62,000 nt of DNA from Vicugna vicugna. Taxonomy: Eukaryota. A model generated the notes under the pieces. It was not told the origin of the DNA, searched no databases, and saw only the letters and a program-made list of their open reading frames with translations. Every line of letters begins with the position of its first letter. Position 1 is the first letter of the stretch. The position numbers and the translations under genes were made by a program. The stretch covers positions 186,001 through 248,000 of the forward strand of contig MU057809.1 in NCBI GenBank assembly GCA_013265495.1, in the 5' to 3' direction. Of this stretch, positions 60,501 to 62,000 are shown piece by piece.

Positions 60501-61149
60501 CTGCGGGGGAGAGAGCGGCGGTCAGGGCCCACCAGGAGGCCACTCAGTCTGCAGGGGACGGCACACCCTGGGCTGTTCTGAGGGTGACTGGCGTCTCCCA
60601 GCCTCGGCCTCACACCCACGCCCTAGCAGGGCCTGCAGTGGGAGGAGCGAGACTTTGCAGCACGCAGGCCGGCACCCCTGACCGTCAGCACCTTCTGTGG
60701 CCGAGGGCCCGGCCCCCGGGCCCCAGGTCCAGCCGCTGGGCAAACCAGCAGGGGCTCTTACTCCCCGAACCCCACCCTCCCTCCAAGCCCAGGTTTCATC
60801 TCTGCAAAAGGCAGGCCTGGACAGGTGCTCCCACGGGGGCCTCGCTAGGTTCCACAGGCTCTCCGTCATCACACACCGGACCAGCCGTGAGAACCCGCCT
60901 TGAGAAGGAGCCTCTTGGCCAGGCCTAGCTGCTGGGGGCGGTGGGGGGGGGGGAGAGGCTGCCCTTCCCACACCCCCGCTGGAGGGGCCAGTGTCGAGGG
61001 GCCTGGAGACCTCTGGCCACGGCGGCCGGAACAGGCACTGCCAGAGTGTCCATCCTCTCGCCCCTGACCCAGGGTCAGGTGACCGGGAGGCCTGACTCCT
61101 CCTTGCCCCGCCCCCTCCTTGTAGACCCCGCCCCACCGCACACACCCAC

Positions 61150-61231
61150 CTCGTCACAGTCGTACATGTGCAGCAGGAGCCAGGTCTGCCTCGTCTTCTG
61201 AAACCTCCAGTTGTCCTGCTTCTGGGCCCAG
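61150..61231 (-). CDS. C7orf50: C7orf50/CHLSN penultimate coding exon (WKF-domain motif); gene continues beyond the right edge
   Basis: ttcccAG|C WAQKQDNWRFQKTRQTWLLLHMYDCDE|GTGGGT; 82 nt, phase 2 to 0. Confidence 0.93.
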
Positions 61232-62000
61232 CTGGGAAAGAAAGGGCACAACGTCTCAAGTGCTGGACAGAAGGAGCCGCAAGGGTCTGTCTGGACCGAC
61301 GGGCCTCTTGGCTGACTAGGGGTTGCTTGCATCCAGGCTCGTGGGTGTCTGCAGAGGTTCCTGGGAGGACCCTCCTCAGCCTGAGGAGCCGAGGGGGCTC
61401 AGGCGCCCTGTGCTGGGGGGAGGCCTCAGTCCCGCACGTCTGCTGGGGACCCTCGGCCAGCCAGGCGGCCCGTGTCTGCAGCAGGACGTCAGGACCAGAC
61501 GGCGCAAGACCACTTCCTTTCAGCTCTGCAAGTCCATCATTTTACGACTCTGCAGGAACACCCTGGATCTCACAAATTAAGTCCTTCCAGAAGCGTTTAT
61601 TGTGCGCCATGGCAAGCCTGCCCACTGGGGCGGGGACCATCTGCAGCCCGTGGGCGGGAGTGAGCTGGGAGGAGCCAGGAGACCGGACCCCGAGGGCCAC
61701 ATGGCCTGAGCCTGTCCCAGCAGCCTGGCCTGCTCAGTCACCCACGGGCCTCGGACGCCCCAAGCCCTCCAGGGGCCGAGGCCACCACGGCGAAGCCCGG
61801 CTCGGCACCTGAGCCCAGGCTGGAGCGCTGGACACTGAGAGCAGGTGGCACTAGACGCTGGCACCACAGGGGAAGGCAGGCAGGCGGGTGGCACTCTGGC
61901 CAGGGCAGTGGGGCCGGGCTCTCCAAGGGGAGACCCAAACACTGGATGGAGACCCTGAGGCGCAGAGGTCTGCATGCCTGGGACTCGGGGCGCCGGTGGC

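Noticed and set aside
60315..62000. Nested GPR146, GPER1 or MIR339, known to lie within C7orf50 introns
   Set aside because: No 7TM ORF or miR-339 hairpin seen here; they should lie beyond the right edge.

Overview
Mammalian genomic DNA, GC-rich and subtelomere-like. The tRNA-derived SINEs and L1 3' end suggest a camelid (camel/alpaca-like). The window holds the known syntenic block ADAP1(-)/COX19(-)/CYP2W1(+)/C7orf50=CHLSN(-), human 7p22.3-like. I mapped by hand ADAP1 coding exons 1-2, the complete 3-exon COX19 (92 aa, GC-AG intron 2), the complete 9-exon CYP2W1 (493 aa) and the last two coding exons of C7orf50. The rest is introns and intergenic DNA with nested L1 fossils, MaLR LTRs, MER58, MIR/L2, SINEs, three CpG islands and a 190-N assembly gap. 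Most long ORFs in the ORF track are GC-content artefacts. I see no new protein-coding system. The best non-coding leads are: a non-TE inverted duplication with a one-sided AATAAA next to an orphan CpG island; an intestinal TF motif cluster upstream of CYP2W1; a frameshifted relic of the human ADAP1 alternative first exon; a three-tier nested retroelement with TSDs; and patchy AT-to-GC conversion of L1 fossils. TE subfamily names and human comparisons come from recall, not from searches.
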